From Deinococcus sp. (GTDB lineage Bacteria; Deinococcota; Deinococci; Deinococcales; Deinococcaceae): a stretch of DNA of 64,000 bases. The number at the start of each line of letters is the position of its first letter. Positions within the stretch are counted from its first letter, which is position 1. The stretch spans positions 32,001 to 96,000 of the forward strand of contig OZ253375.1 of NCBI GenBank assembly GCA_965261005.1, read 5' to 3'. Shown here in pieces: positions 21,808 through 32,281 of this stretch. The position numbers and the translations under genes are program-made. The notes beneath the pieces were generated by a model that ran no database searches, had not been told where the DNA came from, and saw only the letters and a program-made list of their open reading frames with translations.

Positions 21808-22470
21808 ATGCGCCTGATGGTTCTCGAAGATGATTCCGGCATTCGCACGCCGCTCGCCCGCTTTTTGCGCGAAACGGGCTACGCGGTGGACGAGGCCGCG
21901 AGCGTGGCCGAGGCGCGCAGCTTGAGTGACCTCTACCCCTACGGCGCCATTATCGCCGACGTGCGCCTGCCCGAGGGGGAAAACGCGGGCTTCGAGTTCG
22001 TGCGCGAGGTGCAGCGCGCCCAGCAGGACGTGGCGGTGCTGTTTCTCAGCGCGCGCGACGCCTTATCGGACCGTTTGGAGGGGCTGAACGCCGGCGGGGA
22101 CGACTACCTCACCAAGCCGTTTCACCTGCAAGAGGTCCTCGCGCGCCTGCGCGCCATCACCCGGCGCACTGCCCACGTGCCGCAAGGTGAGCTGGCGTGG
22201 CGCGACGTGCGCATGAACTGGCGAGAGAGGCGGGTGACGCGCGGCGGGGAGGGCGTTCACCTGACCGGCAAGGAGCTGGGCGTGCTGGAGCTGCTGAGCA
22301 CCCACCCGGGGCGCCTTTTCACCCGCGAGGAGATCATCGACCGGGTCTGGGACGCCGAGTTCGACGCGGGCACCAACATCATCGACGTGTACGTGCGCAA
22401 TTTGCGGCGCAAGCTCGGCGACGGCGTGGTGGAGACGGTGCGCGGCATCGGCTACCGTTTTCCGGGCTGA
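21808..22470 (+). CDS. OmpR/PhoB family response regulator
   Basis: MVLEDD, ADVRLP, GDDYLTKPF, DVYVRNLRRKL, ETVRGIGY. Confidence 0.94.
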   Translation: MRLMVLEDDSGIRTPLARFLRETGYAVDEAASVAEARSLSDLYPYGAIIADVRLPEGENAGFEFVREVQRAQQDVAVLFLSARDALSDRLEGLNAGGDDYLTKPFHLQEVLARLRAITRRTAHVPQGELAWRDVRMNWRERRVTRGGEGVHLTGKELGVLELLSTHPGRLFTREEIIDRVWDAEFDAGTNIIDVYVRNLRRKLGDGVVETVRGIGYRFPG

Positions 22471-22471
22471 G

Positions 22472-23968
22472 ATGCGCGCCTTCACCTTGGCGTGTCTGCT
22501 GAGCCTGGGCCTGCTGAGCTTGGGAAGCGCCCTGGCGGCGCCGACCATCTTCGTGGCCTACCCGCCCGAGGGGTACACGGTGGCCTTCGATCACGTCTTG
22601 TTCGAGGGGTCGGTCAGGCCGGGGGCCGACTTGAGCGTGGACGGGCAAGCTCTCAAGGTCGGCCCGGACGGCCTCTTCATCGCGTGGCTGCCGCTGAGGC
22701 CGGGCGTCAACGCCCTCAAGCTGGTCAGCCGCGCGGGTTCCGAGCGCACGGCGCGCACCTTTCGGGTGATCCGGCGCGCGCCCCTGGCCACCCGCCCAGA
22801 CAAGCTGCGCCCCCTTCCCGCGCCAAGGGTGGCCGAGGTCACCGCCCCCGACCTCGGGAACGGGGTCAACCCCATCACGACGGCGGGCCTGGCCTTGCAA
22901 GGCGAGACGCCGCTGTTTTTCCCGAAGCGGGGTGAGCGGCTCTTGGTCGTCGGCGAGAATGACCGCTTTTACCAGGTTCAGTTGGCGCCGGACCTGTTCG
23001 CCCGCCTGCCCAAGAGCGCCGCGCGGCTGCTGCCCGCCGGCACGCCGAGGCCCGCCTTCCAACTAAAAAGCGCGCGGGTGAGCGCGGGTCAGAACTTCAC
23101 GGAAGTGCGGCTGCGCCTGTCCGGCCGCCCCGCCTTCGCCGCCGAGCAGGCCTTGCTGAAAAGCTCATCTCGCCTGGACCTGCGCCTGTTTCAGACCAGT
23201 TGGGCGCCGGGCGCTGGGGTGGCTGGTCTGCCCGACACCCTTGTTCGGAGCGCCCAGCTGGACGCCTTGCCAAGTGGCGAGCTGCGCCTGCGCCTCGACC
23301 TCGCCGGCGCCCAGCCGTGGGGCTACACGGCCAGCTACCAGGGCAACGATCTGGTGCTGCGGCTGAAGCGCCCCCCGGGTATGGACGCCGCGCGGCCCCT
23401 GGCGGGGCGCCGCATCGTCCTCGACGCCGGGCACGGCGGGCGCGAATTGGGCGGGGCGGGCAGTTTGGGCTTGCCCGAAAAGGACCTCAACTTGAGCGTC
23501 ACCTTGCAGCTCGCGAGTCGGCTGCGGGCGCTAGGGGCCAAGGTCATCCTGACCCGGACTACCGACCTGACCGTCTCCCTCTACGACCGGCCGCTGCTGG
23601 CCGGGCGCGTGGGGGCCGACGTGCTGCTGAGCGTCCACGCCAACGCCATTCCCGACGGCGTGGACCCGGCCACCCGGCACGGCGCGGGCGTCTACACTTT
23701 TCAGCCGCAGGCGGCGCCGCTGGCGCGCGCCCTGCTGGCCGCCCTGAACGCCGGCGTCCCCGAGGCCGGGCAGGACCGGGGCGGCCTCTTTCACCGCAGT
23801 CTGGCCCTGACGCGGCCCACGGACCAGCCCAGCGCCCTCGTCGAGCTGGCCTACCTGACCACCCCGGACGGGCTGCACTTACTGATGAATCCCGAGGATC
23901 AGGCCCGCTTCGCGGACGCGCTGGCGAGCGGGCTGGAGAACTTCTTCGCAGCCCAGGCGCAACCGTGA
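22472..23968 (+). CDS. N-acetylmuramoyl-L-alanine amidase (Amidase_3)
   Basis: Signal peptide; IVLDAGHGG, EKDLNL, LSVHANA, LVELAYL. Confidence 0.92.
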   Translation: MRAFTLACLLSLGLLSLGSALAAPTIFVAYPPEGYTVAFDHVLFEGSVRPGADLSVDGQALKVGPDGLFIAWLPLRPGVNALKLVSRAGSERTARTFRVIRRAPLATRPDKLRPLPAPRVAEVTAPDLGNGVNPITTAGLALQGETPLFFPKRGERLLVVGENDRFYQVQLAPDLFARLPKSAARLLPAGTPRPAFQLKSARVSAGQNFTEVRLRLSGRPAFAAEQALLKSSSRLDLRLFQTSWAPGAGVAGLPDTLVRSAQLDALPSGELRLRLDLAGAQPWGYTASYQGNDLVLRLKRPPGMDAARPLAGRRIVLDAGHGGRELGGAGSLGLPEKDLNLSVTLQLASRLRALGAKVILTRTTDLTVSLYDRPLLAGRVGADVLLSVHANAIPDGVDPATRHGAGVYTFQPQAAPLARALLAALNAGVPEAGQDRGGLFHRSLALTRPTDQPSALVELAYLTTPDGLHLLMNPEDQARFADALASGLENFFAAQAQP

Positions 23969-23971
23969 CGT

Positions 23972-25354
23972 TTAGGCCAGCGGCAAGGGACTGGTCAGCT
24001 CCGCCGCCTGCGGGCTGAAGCTTGGCAATCCCGGCAGCAACTCGCCGTTCACGTTCACCAAGTCGCCGTAGAGCATGTGCGGCGTGGCGTGGCGCACGCG
24101 GGCGGTGTAGAGGCCGCCCACCGCCCCCCCGACCGCCTTGGGCACCACGATGGGATGGTTGCCGCGGGTGTGCCCCTCCAAGAAGCCTTCCGCGTGCGCG
24201 TCGCCGCGCAGCAGCACTTCCAGGTCGCGCCCGACCTGAGCGGCATTTTTGCGAGCTGACCAAGCCTTTTGCTTCTCGATCAGACGTTGCAACCGCTCGG
24301 TCCCCACCTCGCGCGGCAAGTCCTGAAAGTGTTTGTAGCTGGGCGTGCCGGGCCGCGCCGAGTAGATGAACATGTAGGCCGAGTCGTAGCCGACCTCGTC
24401 GTAGAGGTCGAGGGTCTGCTGAAAGTCTGCTTCAGTCTCCCCCGGAAAGCCCACGATGATGTCGGTGAACAGCACCGCCTCTGGCAGGTGGCGCTTGATG
24501 GCCGCGATGTGCGCCAGGTACTGGTCGCGGGTGTACTCGCGGGCCATGCGCCGCAGCACCGCGTCGCTGCCCGACTGCACCGGCAGGTGGATGAAGTCGC
24601 ACACGGCCGGCGTCTCGGCCATCGCGATGGCCACGTCCTCGGTGAAGTTCATGGGGTGCGAGGTGGTGAACTTGACGCGCGCCGCGCCGCTCGCTCCCAC
24701 CAGGCGCAGCAATTCGGCGAAGGAGGGAAGGCCCGGCACCCGCTCGCCCCGGTCGAAGCCGTAGGCATTGACGTTTTGGCCCAGCAGCGTCACCTCCTGC
24801 ACGCCGGCCCCCAGCAGCGCGTCCAGCTCGCGCAGGATGCTGTCAGGGTGGCGGCTGACCTGCGGGCCGCGCGTGGTCGGCACGATGCAGTAGGTGCAGT
24901 GGTGGTCGCAGCCGCGCATGATGGTGAGGTGCGCTTGGAGCTTGCCCTTCGGCGGCGGCGGGATGTGATCGTGCAGCTCGTCCTTGAACTGAAGCGCCCA
25001 AAAGCGCCCGCTCTGCTCCAGCGCCGTTCCAATGTCCAGCAAGCTGCCCGGCCCCAGCAGCACGTCCACCTCGAACTTGCGCGCGATCTGCTGGCCCTCC
25101 TCCAGCTGGGCCAGGCAGCCCATCATGCCGACCACCAAGCCGCGCTCGCGCTTGAGCTTGCGCAAGTTCCCCAGCACCGTCCGGGCCTTGTCCACCGGCT
25201 TGCCGCGCACCGCGCAGGTGTTGAGCAGCACGAAGTCGGCCTCGTCCACGCTGTCCACCATGCTGGCGCCCAGCGAGACCAGTTGGCTCTCGACCAGGTG
25301 GCTGTCGTACTCGTTCATTTGGCATCCGAAGGTGATGATGTGCGCTCTGGTCAT
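23972..25354 (-). CDS. miaB: tRNA methylthiotransferase MiaB
   Basis: [23 protein letters not shown] radical SAM motif, [16 protein letters not shown]. Confidence 0.96.
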   Translation of the reverse strand: MTRAHIITFGCQMNEYDSHLVESQLVSLGASMVDSVDEADFVLLNTCAVRGKPVDKARTVLGNLRKLKRERGLVVGMMGCLAQLEEGQQIARKFEVDVLLGPGSLLDIGTALEQSGRFWALQFKDELHDHIPPPPKGKLQAHLTIMRGCDHHCTYCIVPTTRGPQVSRHPDSILRELDALLGAGVQEVTLLGQNVNAYGFDRGERVPGLPSFAELLRLVGASGAARVKFTTSHPMNFTEDVAIAMAETPAVCDFIHLPVQSGSDAVLRRMAREYTRDQYLAHIAAIKRHLPEAVLFTDIIVGFPGETEADFQQTLDLYDEVGYDSAYMFIYSARPGTPSYKHFQDLPREVGTERLQRLIEKQKAWSARKNAAQVGRDLEVLLRGDAHAEGFLEGHTRGNHPIVVPKAVGGAVGGLYTARVRHATPHMLYGDLVNVNGELLPGLPSFSPQAAELTSPLPLA

Positions 25355-25459
25355 AGGGAAGTGCCCGCTCCGAACGGGAATGGGGCAGTTTAGCGCGACT
25401 TATGGGAGAGATTGGGGTGGGCGGCACGGGGCGCCGCTCGCGGGGTTCCGAAGGGGAGA

Positions 25460-25924
25460 TCAAGCCTCGTTGGCCAAGTCCCGCGCCAGGCGCTTTTCCT
25501 CCAAGCTGAGCAGACCCTCAAACACGAAGACCTCGTCCATGTCCTCGGTGTGGCGCAGGTCCGCCGCCCCATCCTTGACCAGGCCGTACAGCAGTTGGCG
25601 GGCGCGCCGCAACCCGACGTGACAGTGCAGCGCCACCTCGGAGGGGGTGACGTAGCCGTGATTTGTCTCCGCGAGCCGCAGTATTTGGCCTTCCAGCTTG
25701 GGTGTCCGGCCGAGAGAGACGCGGGTCAGCCAGTAGCCGCCCAAACCGACCAAGACGAAGAAGACCAACGCAGTCGCCCCCGTCGGAACGTCCTTGTAAA
25801 AATCGCTGCTGCGGTCGGCCACTTCCAAAAGCAATTCGAGCAAAAACAGCGCGCTTGCGGCGACCAACAGCCAGCCAACGGTTTTGAAAAGCCACACAAC
25901 AGCAGTGTACGCAATCCTCGCCAT
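25460..25924 (-). CDS. Hypothetical two-TM membrane protein with C-terminal wHTH-like region
   Basis: Two hydrophobic helices, then ILRLAETNHGYVTPSEVAL..A..LL..LV. Confidence 0.7.
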   Translation of the reverse strand: MARIAYTAVVWLFKTVGWLLVAASALFLLELLLEVADRSSDFYKDVPTGATALVFFVLVGLGGYWLTRVSLGRTPKLEGQILRLAETNHGYVTPSEVALHCHVGLRRARQLLYGLVKDGAADLRHTEDMDEVFVFEGLLSLEEKRLARDLANEA

Positions 25925-25938
25925 CAGCTGAGGGCACC

Positions 25939-26250
25939 ATGCCGAGACAAGCTTCAACTGATGACCGCTTCGATTGGAGCGCCGAGGCGGCGGCCACGAA
26001 ACATGGGTACAGCCCACGGCAGATCGAGAACGCCTTTGACGATCCTCGGCGCATCGTTTTCCCGTCATCCTTCGGCAACAGACACGGCCAGCAGTACAGC
26101 ATGGATCACCGCAAGGTCATGCTCGCGCAGGATAAGCCACATGGTCCTTACCTTCACATCGCGTATGTGCTGGAGCACGGTAAAATTAGGGTATTTCACG
26201 CGCGCTCTATGAATTCTACGGAGCTGAGGCACTACAGGGGCCGTCAATGA
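25939..26250 (+). CDS. BrnT-like toxin
   Basis: FDW..KHG..IENAF and IRVFHARSM..E..Y pattern; ATGA overlap with the antitoxin. Confidence 0.72.
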   Translation: MPRQASTDDRFDWSAEAAATKHGYSPRQIENAFDDPRRIVFPSSFGNRHGQQYSMDHRKVMLAQDKPHGPYLHIAYVLEHGKIRVFHARSMNSTELRHYRGRQ

Positions 26251-26573
26251 CCAGAATGAAGATTATTCACAACCCGGAAGACATTCCCAACTTTGCGAGC
26301 GATCAAGAGGCGAGCGACTTTTGGGACCACCATAGCCTTGCCCCAGGGCTGTGGGCTGAAGCTGGACGCGGCGAGGGCGCCGATCCTGAACTCGACGCAA
26401 TTCTCGCACGCTGGCACGGAACAGTATCCAGAACAGCAACCAAGCCCGCCTCGAAGCCGCTCCGATTGGAGAAAAAGGTACGCGCGGCCCTCAACCGCCA
26501 GGCCGAACAGCAGGGCAAAACCCCGGATGAATTGGTGAACGAGGTTTTGAAAAAGGCGTTGAAGGTGTCCTGA
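26247..26573 (+). CDS. CopG-family antitoxin
   Basis: IPNFASDQEASDFWDHHS, then a ribbon-helix-helix-like C-terminus. Confidence 0.8.
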   Translation: MTRMKIIHNPEDIPNFASDQEASDFWDHHSLAPGLWAEAGRGEGADPELDAILARWHGTVSRTATKPASKPLRLEKKVRAALNRQAEQQGKTPDELVNEVLKKALKVS

Positions 26574-26615
26574 GCGACGGCACGCGCAAAACACAAGTCG
26601 GGCTTCTTCAGAACA

Positions 26616-27083
26616 TCACTCCACCCGCTTCAGCTTGACTTCGTAATTCGCCGTCACCGTGCGCAGGCGGCCCTGAAACACGTCCCCGACCACGCGGCCG
26701 GTCAGCTGGGCGCTCACCTTGAAGCTGCCGCTCAGGCCCAGCGGCAAGGTCTTGCCCAGCGAGGCCGTGCCGGACAGGGCCGCGCCCGCCTCCGAACTCA
26801 GCTCCAAGTCGAGGTCGGCGCCCGCTCCCGTGGGCACGTATGTTCCGCGCACGGCGTAGTTGTTGCCGGCCGACAAGTTGTAAAAGATGCCGAGGGCGCT
26901 GTCCCCCGCCTTGTCCAGGCTGATGGCGAGGCGGTAGCGGGCGCTGGTCAGGGTGCCCGAGCCGCTGCCCTCATAGACCTGCGTTTCGCGGGTGGGGGCG
27001 GCGACGGACGGGCGCGGGGCGCAGGAACTGAGCAGCAGGAATGGCAGGAGCAGGTAGGGGAGAAGCAAGTGGGGGTGGCGCAC
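26616..27083 (-). CDS. Hypothetical lipoprotein
   Basis: TACCCT-6nt-GTG; hydrophobic stretch then LSSC lipobox. Confidence 0.72.
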   Translation of the reverse strand: MRHPHLLLPYLLLPFLLLSSCAPRPSVAAPTRETQVYEGSGSGTLTSARYRLAISLDKAGDSALGIFYNLSAGNNYAVRGTYVPTGAGADLDLELSSEAGAALSGTASLGKTLPLGLSGSFKVSAQLTGRVVGDVFQGRLRTVTANYEVKLKRVE

Positions 27084-27172
27084 CCACTCAGGGTAGACGA
27101 ATTGGGGCCGTCGGGCTTGTTCGGGCGGGGTCAGACTGACGGGGACAAGCGCCTTCTCATGCAAAGCCGAAG

Positions 27173-28288
27173 CTAGCGTTTCACCGCCCGCAACACCTTG
27201 AAGCCGCCTTCGCGGGCCAGCACCTCCGGCCGGCCCCACCTGGCGATCTCTTGCTCATAGGGCAAAAAGTCGTTGGCGACCAGGCGCAACTCGCCCCCCG
27301 GCGATAGATGTTCCCCCGCCGCGCGCACGAATTCCCGCGCCACGTCCAGCACCACCCGCCGCCCCACGTGAAAGGGCGGGTTGCTGACGACCAGATCGAA
27401 GCGCTCCTGCTCTTTCAGCGCCGAGGCCACGTCCGAGTGGCGCACGTTGCCCGTCAGGCCGCTGAGGCGCAGCGTCTCGCGGGCGCTCACCACGGCGGCC
27501 AGGTCGTCGTCGAGCAGGGTCACGTTCGCTTCGGCGGCGGCGCAGGCCGCGCCCAGCACGCCCGCGCCGCCGCCAAGGTCCAGGACGCGCTGGCCCGCCA
27601 CGTCCCCCAGGTGGCGCAGCAGCAGCGCGCTCGCCTTGTCGAGGTGCCCCGCGCTGAACACGCCCGGCAGGGCGGCCACCGTGAGGTCGCCGTGCTGGTA
27701 GGTCGCCGTTTCGGGAACGGGCAGGTCGGTTTCACGCAATTTTTCCAGCCGCGCCGCGCGCATACCGCCGTCGCGCCCGATGATCTCGCCCGCCCCGAAC
27801 GCCCCCACCGCTCCCCCAAAGTAGCGCTCAAACCCCTTCTGCTTGTCGCCCGCCAGGTACAGCGTGCCGCCCAGCTGCGTGCACCTCGCCGCCCAGGCCA
27901 ACATGGCGGCCACGTGAGCGTTGCCGCGCTCGCCGGAGAGAACCAGCGCGACCGCCGGGAACTGGCCCAGGTCGTCCATCGGCAACGCTGGCCGCACCCC
28001 GTCGAACTGCTCGCCCAGCACCCGCAGCGCGGCGCAGGACTGCTCGACGGGCGTGAAGTCCACCTCCAGCGCGAGGCCCAGTAAGCCGCCCATCGCCCGC
28101 AAATCCAGCAGCGGCCCCTCGACGCCCAATTTGCGCAGGGCGATGGCCAAGGTGGCCTGCGCGTCGTCCACCCCCGGCGCCCCGGCCACGCCCGGTTTGG
28201 TCAGCACGCCGCCCCCCTCCTGCACCGCAGAGAGCTTGGGCGGCAGCCCCGCGCGAAACATGTCGGAATATATGGGGGCCGAATTCAT
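27173..28288 (-). CDS. RsmC-like class I SAM methyltransferase
   Basis: PGVFSAGHLDKAS, VLDLGGGAG, VVSNPPFH, LRLVAN. Confidence 0.88.
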   Translation of the reverse strand: MNSAPIYSDMFRAGLPPKLSAVQEGGGVLTKPGVAGAPGVDDAQATLAIALRKLGVEGPLLDLRAMGGLLGLALEVDFTPVEQSCAALRVLGEQFDGVRPALPMDDLGQFPAVALVLSGERGNAHVAAMLAWAARCTQLGGTLYLAGDKQKGFERYFGGAVGAFGAGEIIGRDGGMRAARLEKLRETDLPVPETATYQHGDLTVAALPGVFSAGHLDKASALLLRHLGDVAGQRVLDLGGGAGVLGAACAAAEANVTLLDDDLAAVVSARETLRLSGLTGNVRHSDVASALKEQERFDLVVSNPPFHVGRRVVLDVAREFVRAAGEHLSPGGELRLVANDFLPYEQEIARWGRPEVLAREGGFKVLRAVKR

Positions 28289-28318
28289 AAGGGGGAGTGT
28301 AGCGCTAGCATGGCCCTC

Positions 28319-28939
28319 GTGAACGGACCGGACGGCGCCTGCGAGGCGGCCTTTTGGGCGCAGGGTCTCGCCCTCGTCGCCGGCGTGGACGAGGCCGGGC
28401 GCGGCGCCTGGGCCGGACCCGTGGCGGTGGCGGCGGTGGTGCTGCTCGCCGGGCGGCTGGATTGGCCTTACCGCGACTCCAAGCAGCTCTCACCTGCCCA
28501 ACGTGAAATCTTGGCGGCACAGGTGCAGCGTGATGCCGTCTGCTGGGCCGTCGAATTTGCCCCGGCTTCTGAGGTAGACGAGTACAACGTTCTGGAAGCG
28601 ACCAAGCGCGCCGCCCTGCGCGCCGTCGCCCAGCTCGACCCCGCCCCGCAGGCGCTGGTGACGGACTATTTAAAGCTCAATACCGCCTTACCCCTGGTCG
28701 CCCCGCCCAAAGCTGACCAAAGCTCCTTCTGCGTGGCCGCCGCCAGCCTGCTCGCCAAGACGGCTCGGGACGCGCGGATGCGCGAACTGGGCGCCCTCTA
28801 TCCCGGCTACGGCTTCGCGCAGCACAAGGGCTACGGCGCCCCACAACATCAGGCGGCGCTGGCGCGGTTCGGCCCCTGCCCGGAGCACCGCAGGTCGTTT
28901 CGGCCGGTGGCGCTGGCCTCGGTGCTAGACCTCAGCTAG
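28319..28939 (+). CDS. rnhB: Ribonuclease HII
   Basis: VAGVDEAGRG..GPV, DSKQL, AAASLLAK, HKGY, HRRSF; TAGCAT-7nt-GTG (ATG at 28310 is an alternative start). Confidence 0.94.
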   Translation: MNGPDGACEAAFWAQGLALVAGVDEAGRGAWAGPVAVAAVVLLAGRLDWPYRDSKQLSPAQREILAAQVQRDAVCWAVEFAPASEVDEYNVLEATKRAALRAVAQLDPAPQALVTDYLKLNTALPLVAPPKADQSSFCVAAASLLAKTARDARMRELGALYPGYGFAQHKGYGAPQHQAALARFGPCPEHRRSFRPVALASVLDLS

Positions 28940-29794
28940 AAATTCGAGGAGCGCCCGCGCCAAGTCTTCCGGCGCCTCCTCGGCCATGTGATGCCCAGAG
29001 TCCAGGCCCCGGCCGCGCAAGTGTGTTGCCCACGGCTTCCAAACGGCGAGCACGTCCCCGTACAAGTCCTCCAAGTCGTCTTCGAGCGCCCACAGCAGCA
29101 AGGTGGGACACGTCACCTGACGCCCCGCCCGCCGGTCCTCCTCGTCGTGCTGACGGTCAATGCCGGGGCCGGCCCGGTAGTCCTCCAGCATCCCGTGAAC
29201 GGTCGCCGGGTCGTGAATGGCGGCGCGGTAGTCGGCGTAGGCTTGCGCGCCCATCTGCGCTTCCTTGTCGGGCGTGTTGCCGTACCAAGCGTCGGGGTCC
29301 GAGAGAATGGCCCGCTCGGGCTTTTCCGGCTGAGCGAAGAAAAACCAGTGCCACCACGCCTCGGCAAAGCGCGCGTCGCAGCGCCCCAGCGCCTCGGCGA
29401 TGGGCACCGCGTCCAGCACGCCCAGGTGCGTGATCGCCTGCGGATGGTCCAGGGCGGCGCGAAAAGCCGTGTACGCCCCCCGGTCGTGGCCGACGATGGC
29501 GAAGCGCCCGAAGCCGAGGTGCCGCATCAAGTCGAGACAGTCGCGCGCCTTGGCGCGCTTCGAGGAGCCGGCGTGGTTGGGCGTGTCCCCCGGCTTCGAC
29601 GACTCGCCGAAGCCGCGCAGATCGGGACAGACGACGGTGTGCCTGCCCGCGAGCAGGGGCGCGACCTTGTGCCAGGTGGCGTGGGTGCGCGGGTGGCCGT
29701 GCAGCAACAGCACGGGCGGGCCGGAGCCGCCGTGGCGCACGCGCAGGGTCGCTTCCGGCAGCTCGATCATCTCCAGCGTGAAGCCCTCGAACAT
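28925..29794 (-). CDS. Alpha/beta hydrolase (haloacetate dehalogenase-like)
   Basis: LLLHGHPRT, DLRGFG, GHDRGA, WWHWFF, GHHMAEE. Confidence 0.88.
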   Translation of the reverse strand: MFEGFTLEMIELPEATLRVRHGGSGPPVLLLHGHPRTHATWHKVAPLLAGRHTVVCPDLRGFGESSKPGDTPNHAGSSKRAKARDCLDLMRHLGFGRFAIVGHDRGAYTAFRAALDHPQAITHLGVLDAVPIAEALGRCDARFAEAWWHWFFFAQPEKPERAILSDPDAWYGNTPDKEAQMGAQAYADYRAAIHDPATVHGMLEDYRAGPGIDRQHDEEDRRAGRQVTCPTLLLWALEDDLEDLYGDVLAVWKPWATHLRGRGLDSGHHMAEEAPEDLARALLEFLAEV

Positions 29795-29902
29795 GCGGTC
29801 ACTGTACTTCGTGGTCACTGTACTTCGTTCTTTCGGCGTTGGCGCCGCCCAAACTGAACGCAGCTCACGCCGGGATGGCCGAGCGTCCCTTACCCTGACC
29901 CC

Positions 29903-30292
29903 GTGCATCTCACCCCCGGCGGCACCTTGTACGACCGTATCGGCCCCGCCCACCTGCGCGCCCTGCTGGAGCGCTTCTACGCCCGCGTGGCGGGCGACCC
30001 GCTGCTGTCGCCCATCTTCCCGGCTGACCTCGGCAACACCTTGGAAAAGCAGTTCGCCTTCTTAAGCGGTTTTCTCGGCGGGCCGCTGCTGTATCACCAG
30101 ACCTACGGCCACCCCCGTCTGCGCGCCCGGCACCTGCCCTTTCCCATCACGCCGGCGCGGGCGCGTGCCTGGCTAGGGTGCATGAAGGCCGCCCTGGAGG
30201 AGACGCCCGAAATTGCGCGTGAGGACGCCGCCGAGCTGTACGCGGCGCTGGCGAGGGTGGCGCAGCATATGGTGAATAGCCCGGATTCATGA
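29903..30292 (+). CDS. Group II truncated haemoglobin
   Basis: LYDRIG, FYARV..DPLL, FLGGP..Y..GHPRLRARH, WL.CM..AL. Confidence 0.92.
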   Translation: MHLTPGGTLYDRIGPAHLRALLERFYARVAGDPLLSPIFPADLGNTLEKQFAFLSGFLGGPLLYHQTYGHPRLRARHLPFPITPARARAWLGCMKAALEETPEIAREDAAELYAALARVAQHMVNSPDS

Positions 30293-31534
30293 GGTCCGGC
30301 CCGCCCGCCGCACCTTCCGGCGGCGTGTGGCGAGCAGCACGACCGCGCCGGCGAGCAGGTACGCCGCCGTGTCCACGTTGATGACCAGCACGCCCAGCGT
30401 GGCCCCCAGGTAGCCCGACGCGCCCATGCCCAGCAGCTGCGTGAAGCTGAAGACCGCGAAGTAGCTGCCGAAGACCCGCCCGCGCTTGTCGCCGTCGCTT
30501 TCCCGTTGCAGCAGCGTCATTTGCGCCGCGCCCCAGGCGGCAAAGGGCAGACCGGCCACGGCGACCAGGACCAGGCCGGGCCACAGCGCCGGATATACAA
30601 GAGGGTAATTCAGCAGCGCCGCGAGCAACACGCCGCTCAGCAGCCCGCCCCAGCCCAGCAGGCGCGCGGGGTCGAGCTGTCGCGCCAAGCCGGCCAGCAG
30701 CAGGCCCGCCAGGATACCGCCCACGGCCTGCGCGGAAAGCAGGAAGCCGAGTTCACGCCCAGAATCAGACGGGCCGGACCCGCTCAGCATCTCCTTAACA
30801 AAAGGGGCCAGCAGCGTGGAGATGAAGCCCTCGCCGAAGCCGACCAGCGCGGCGGCCACAAAGCACAGCCGCAGCAGCGGGCTGCGTCCCACCATCGCCA
30901 GCCCGGCCCGCCACTCCCCGCCGAGGTGCGTCCGGGCGGCAACAGGAGGCGCGGCCTCGGGCGCCCGCACGCCTAGCATCAGCCAAGCCGCCAGCAGGTA
31001 CGTCAGCGCGTCCGCGATGACCACCCCCGTGAAGCCCAGCGAGGCCAGCAGCAGGCCGCCGAGGGCCGGGCCGATCAAGCGCGCCAGGTTGTTGTTCAGG
31101 GCGTTCAGGCTATTGGCCGCCGCGAGCTGCTCTTCCTCCACCAAGGTCGGCAGCAGCGCGTGCTCGGCTGGCCCGAGGAACTGCCCGGCAGAGGATTGGA
31201 GCAAGGCGACCGGCACGACCAGCCACCACGGCCCGCGCGGCGCCAGCAGAAAGAGCAATGTCACCCCGCCCAGCGCGAGATTGCTCAGAATCAGAACGCG
31301 CCGGCGGTCCCAGCGGTCCACCAAGACGCCCGCCAGCGGCCCAATCAGGATGGCCGGTAGGGCGCCCGCCATCACGCTGAGGGCCGTGGCGAGCGTGGAA
31401 CGGGTCTGGCCGTAGACGTACACCGGCAGGGCGACGAACAGGGCGTAGTTGCCAATCCAGGAGATCAGGCCGGCCCACCACACCCGTGTCAAGCTGCGAT
31501 TGGTGAGCAACAGAGATAGGGGAGAAGGTCGCAT
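30287..31534 (-). CDS. MFS transporter
   Basis: Multiple TM segments; GVLVDRWDRRR motif A. Confidence 0.92.
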   Translation of the reverse strand: MRPSPLSLLLTNRSLTRVWWAGLISWIGNYALFVALPVYVYGQTRSTLATALSVMAGALPAILIGPLAGVLVDRWDRRRVLILSNLALGGVTLLFLLAPRGPWWLVVPVALLQSSAGQFLGPAEHALLPTLVEEEQLAAANSLNALNNNLARLIGPALGGLLLASLGFTGVVIADALTYLLAAWLMLGVRAPEAAPPVAARTHLGGEWRAGLAMVGRSPLLRLCFVAAALVGFGEGFISTLLAPFVKEMLSGSGPSDSGRELGFLLSAQAVGGILAGLLLAGLARQLDPARLLGWGGLLSGVLLAALLNYPLVYPALWPGLVLVAVAGLPFAAWGAAQMTLLQRESDGDKRGRVFGSYFAVFSFTQLLGMGASGYLGATLGVLVINVDTAAYLLAGAVVLLATRRRKVRRAGRTS

Positions 31535-31564
31535 GGTGGCAGCGTGGGCGCTAAGCTACACCCA

Positions 31565-32230
31565 ATGGCAGCCCCAGATTCAGGTAGCCCGTCCCCGAGC
31601 GACGTTCACACCGTCGCCGACGCCGAGCAGGCCCGGCTGCTGACCGACCCGCGTGGCAAGGAGTTCTTCAAGCCGTTTCGGGCGCGCGAGCGTAGCGCCA
31701 CGCAGGCGGCCGAAGAACTGGGTCGCCCGCTGAACAGCGTGCTGTACCGCATCGGGACCTTTTTGGGGGCCGGGTTGCTGGAGGTCGCGCGCACCGAAAA
31801 GCGCGCCGGGCGGGCCGTCAAGCACTACCGCTCGGTTCACGGCGCCTACTTCGTGCCCTTCAAGCTGACGCCCTACGCCAGCTTAGAGGAGCGCTTGCAG
31901 GCGCAGGCCGCGCCGATCTTTGCCCGCCTGATTCACGACTATGCGGCCATGCTGATGAGCAGCGAGCGCTTTGGGCAGCACCTGCTGCGCGACCCCAACC
32001 TCGGCGTGTTGACGACCGACTTTCCGCCCGAGCAGATATTTGGAATTCTGCCCGTCGTGTATGCCGACATGGTGACCAAGCTGAGCGACGAGGAAGCTGC
32101 CCAACTTGGCCGCGTTTTGCGTCAGGTGCTCGGGCGCGCGTCTCACCGTGCCGGACAAACTGGGGCGGAACGCGCCTACTTTTTGATGGTGGCGCTGCTG
32201 CCGGATCAAGGCGGTCAACAACTGAGATAG
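31565..32230 (+). CDS. ArsR-like winged-HTH regulator
   Basis: SATQAAEELG..VLYRI..FLGAGLLEV..GRAVKHY; divergent from the MFS gene; TAAGCT-7nt-ATG. Confidence 0.8.
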   Translation: MAAPDSGSPSPSDVHTVADAEQARLLTDPRGKEFFKPFRARERSATQAAEELGRPLNSVLYRIGTFLGAGLLEVARTEKRAGRAVKHYRSVHGAYFVPFKLTPYASLEERLQAQAAPIFARLIHDYAAMLMSSERFGQHLLRDPNLGVLTTDFPPEQIFGILPVVYADMVTKLSDEEAAQLGRVLRQVLGRASHRAGQTGAERAYFLMVALLPDQGGQQLR

Positions 32231-32281
32231 ACGAGTTTTCGGCGTTGCTTGGCGAGCAGTGCATGATTGGAGTGACGCCTT

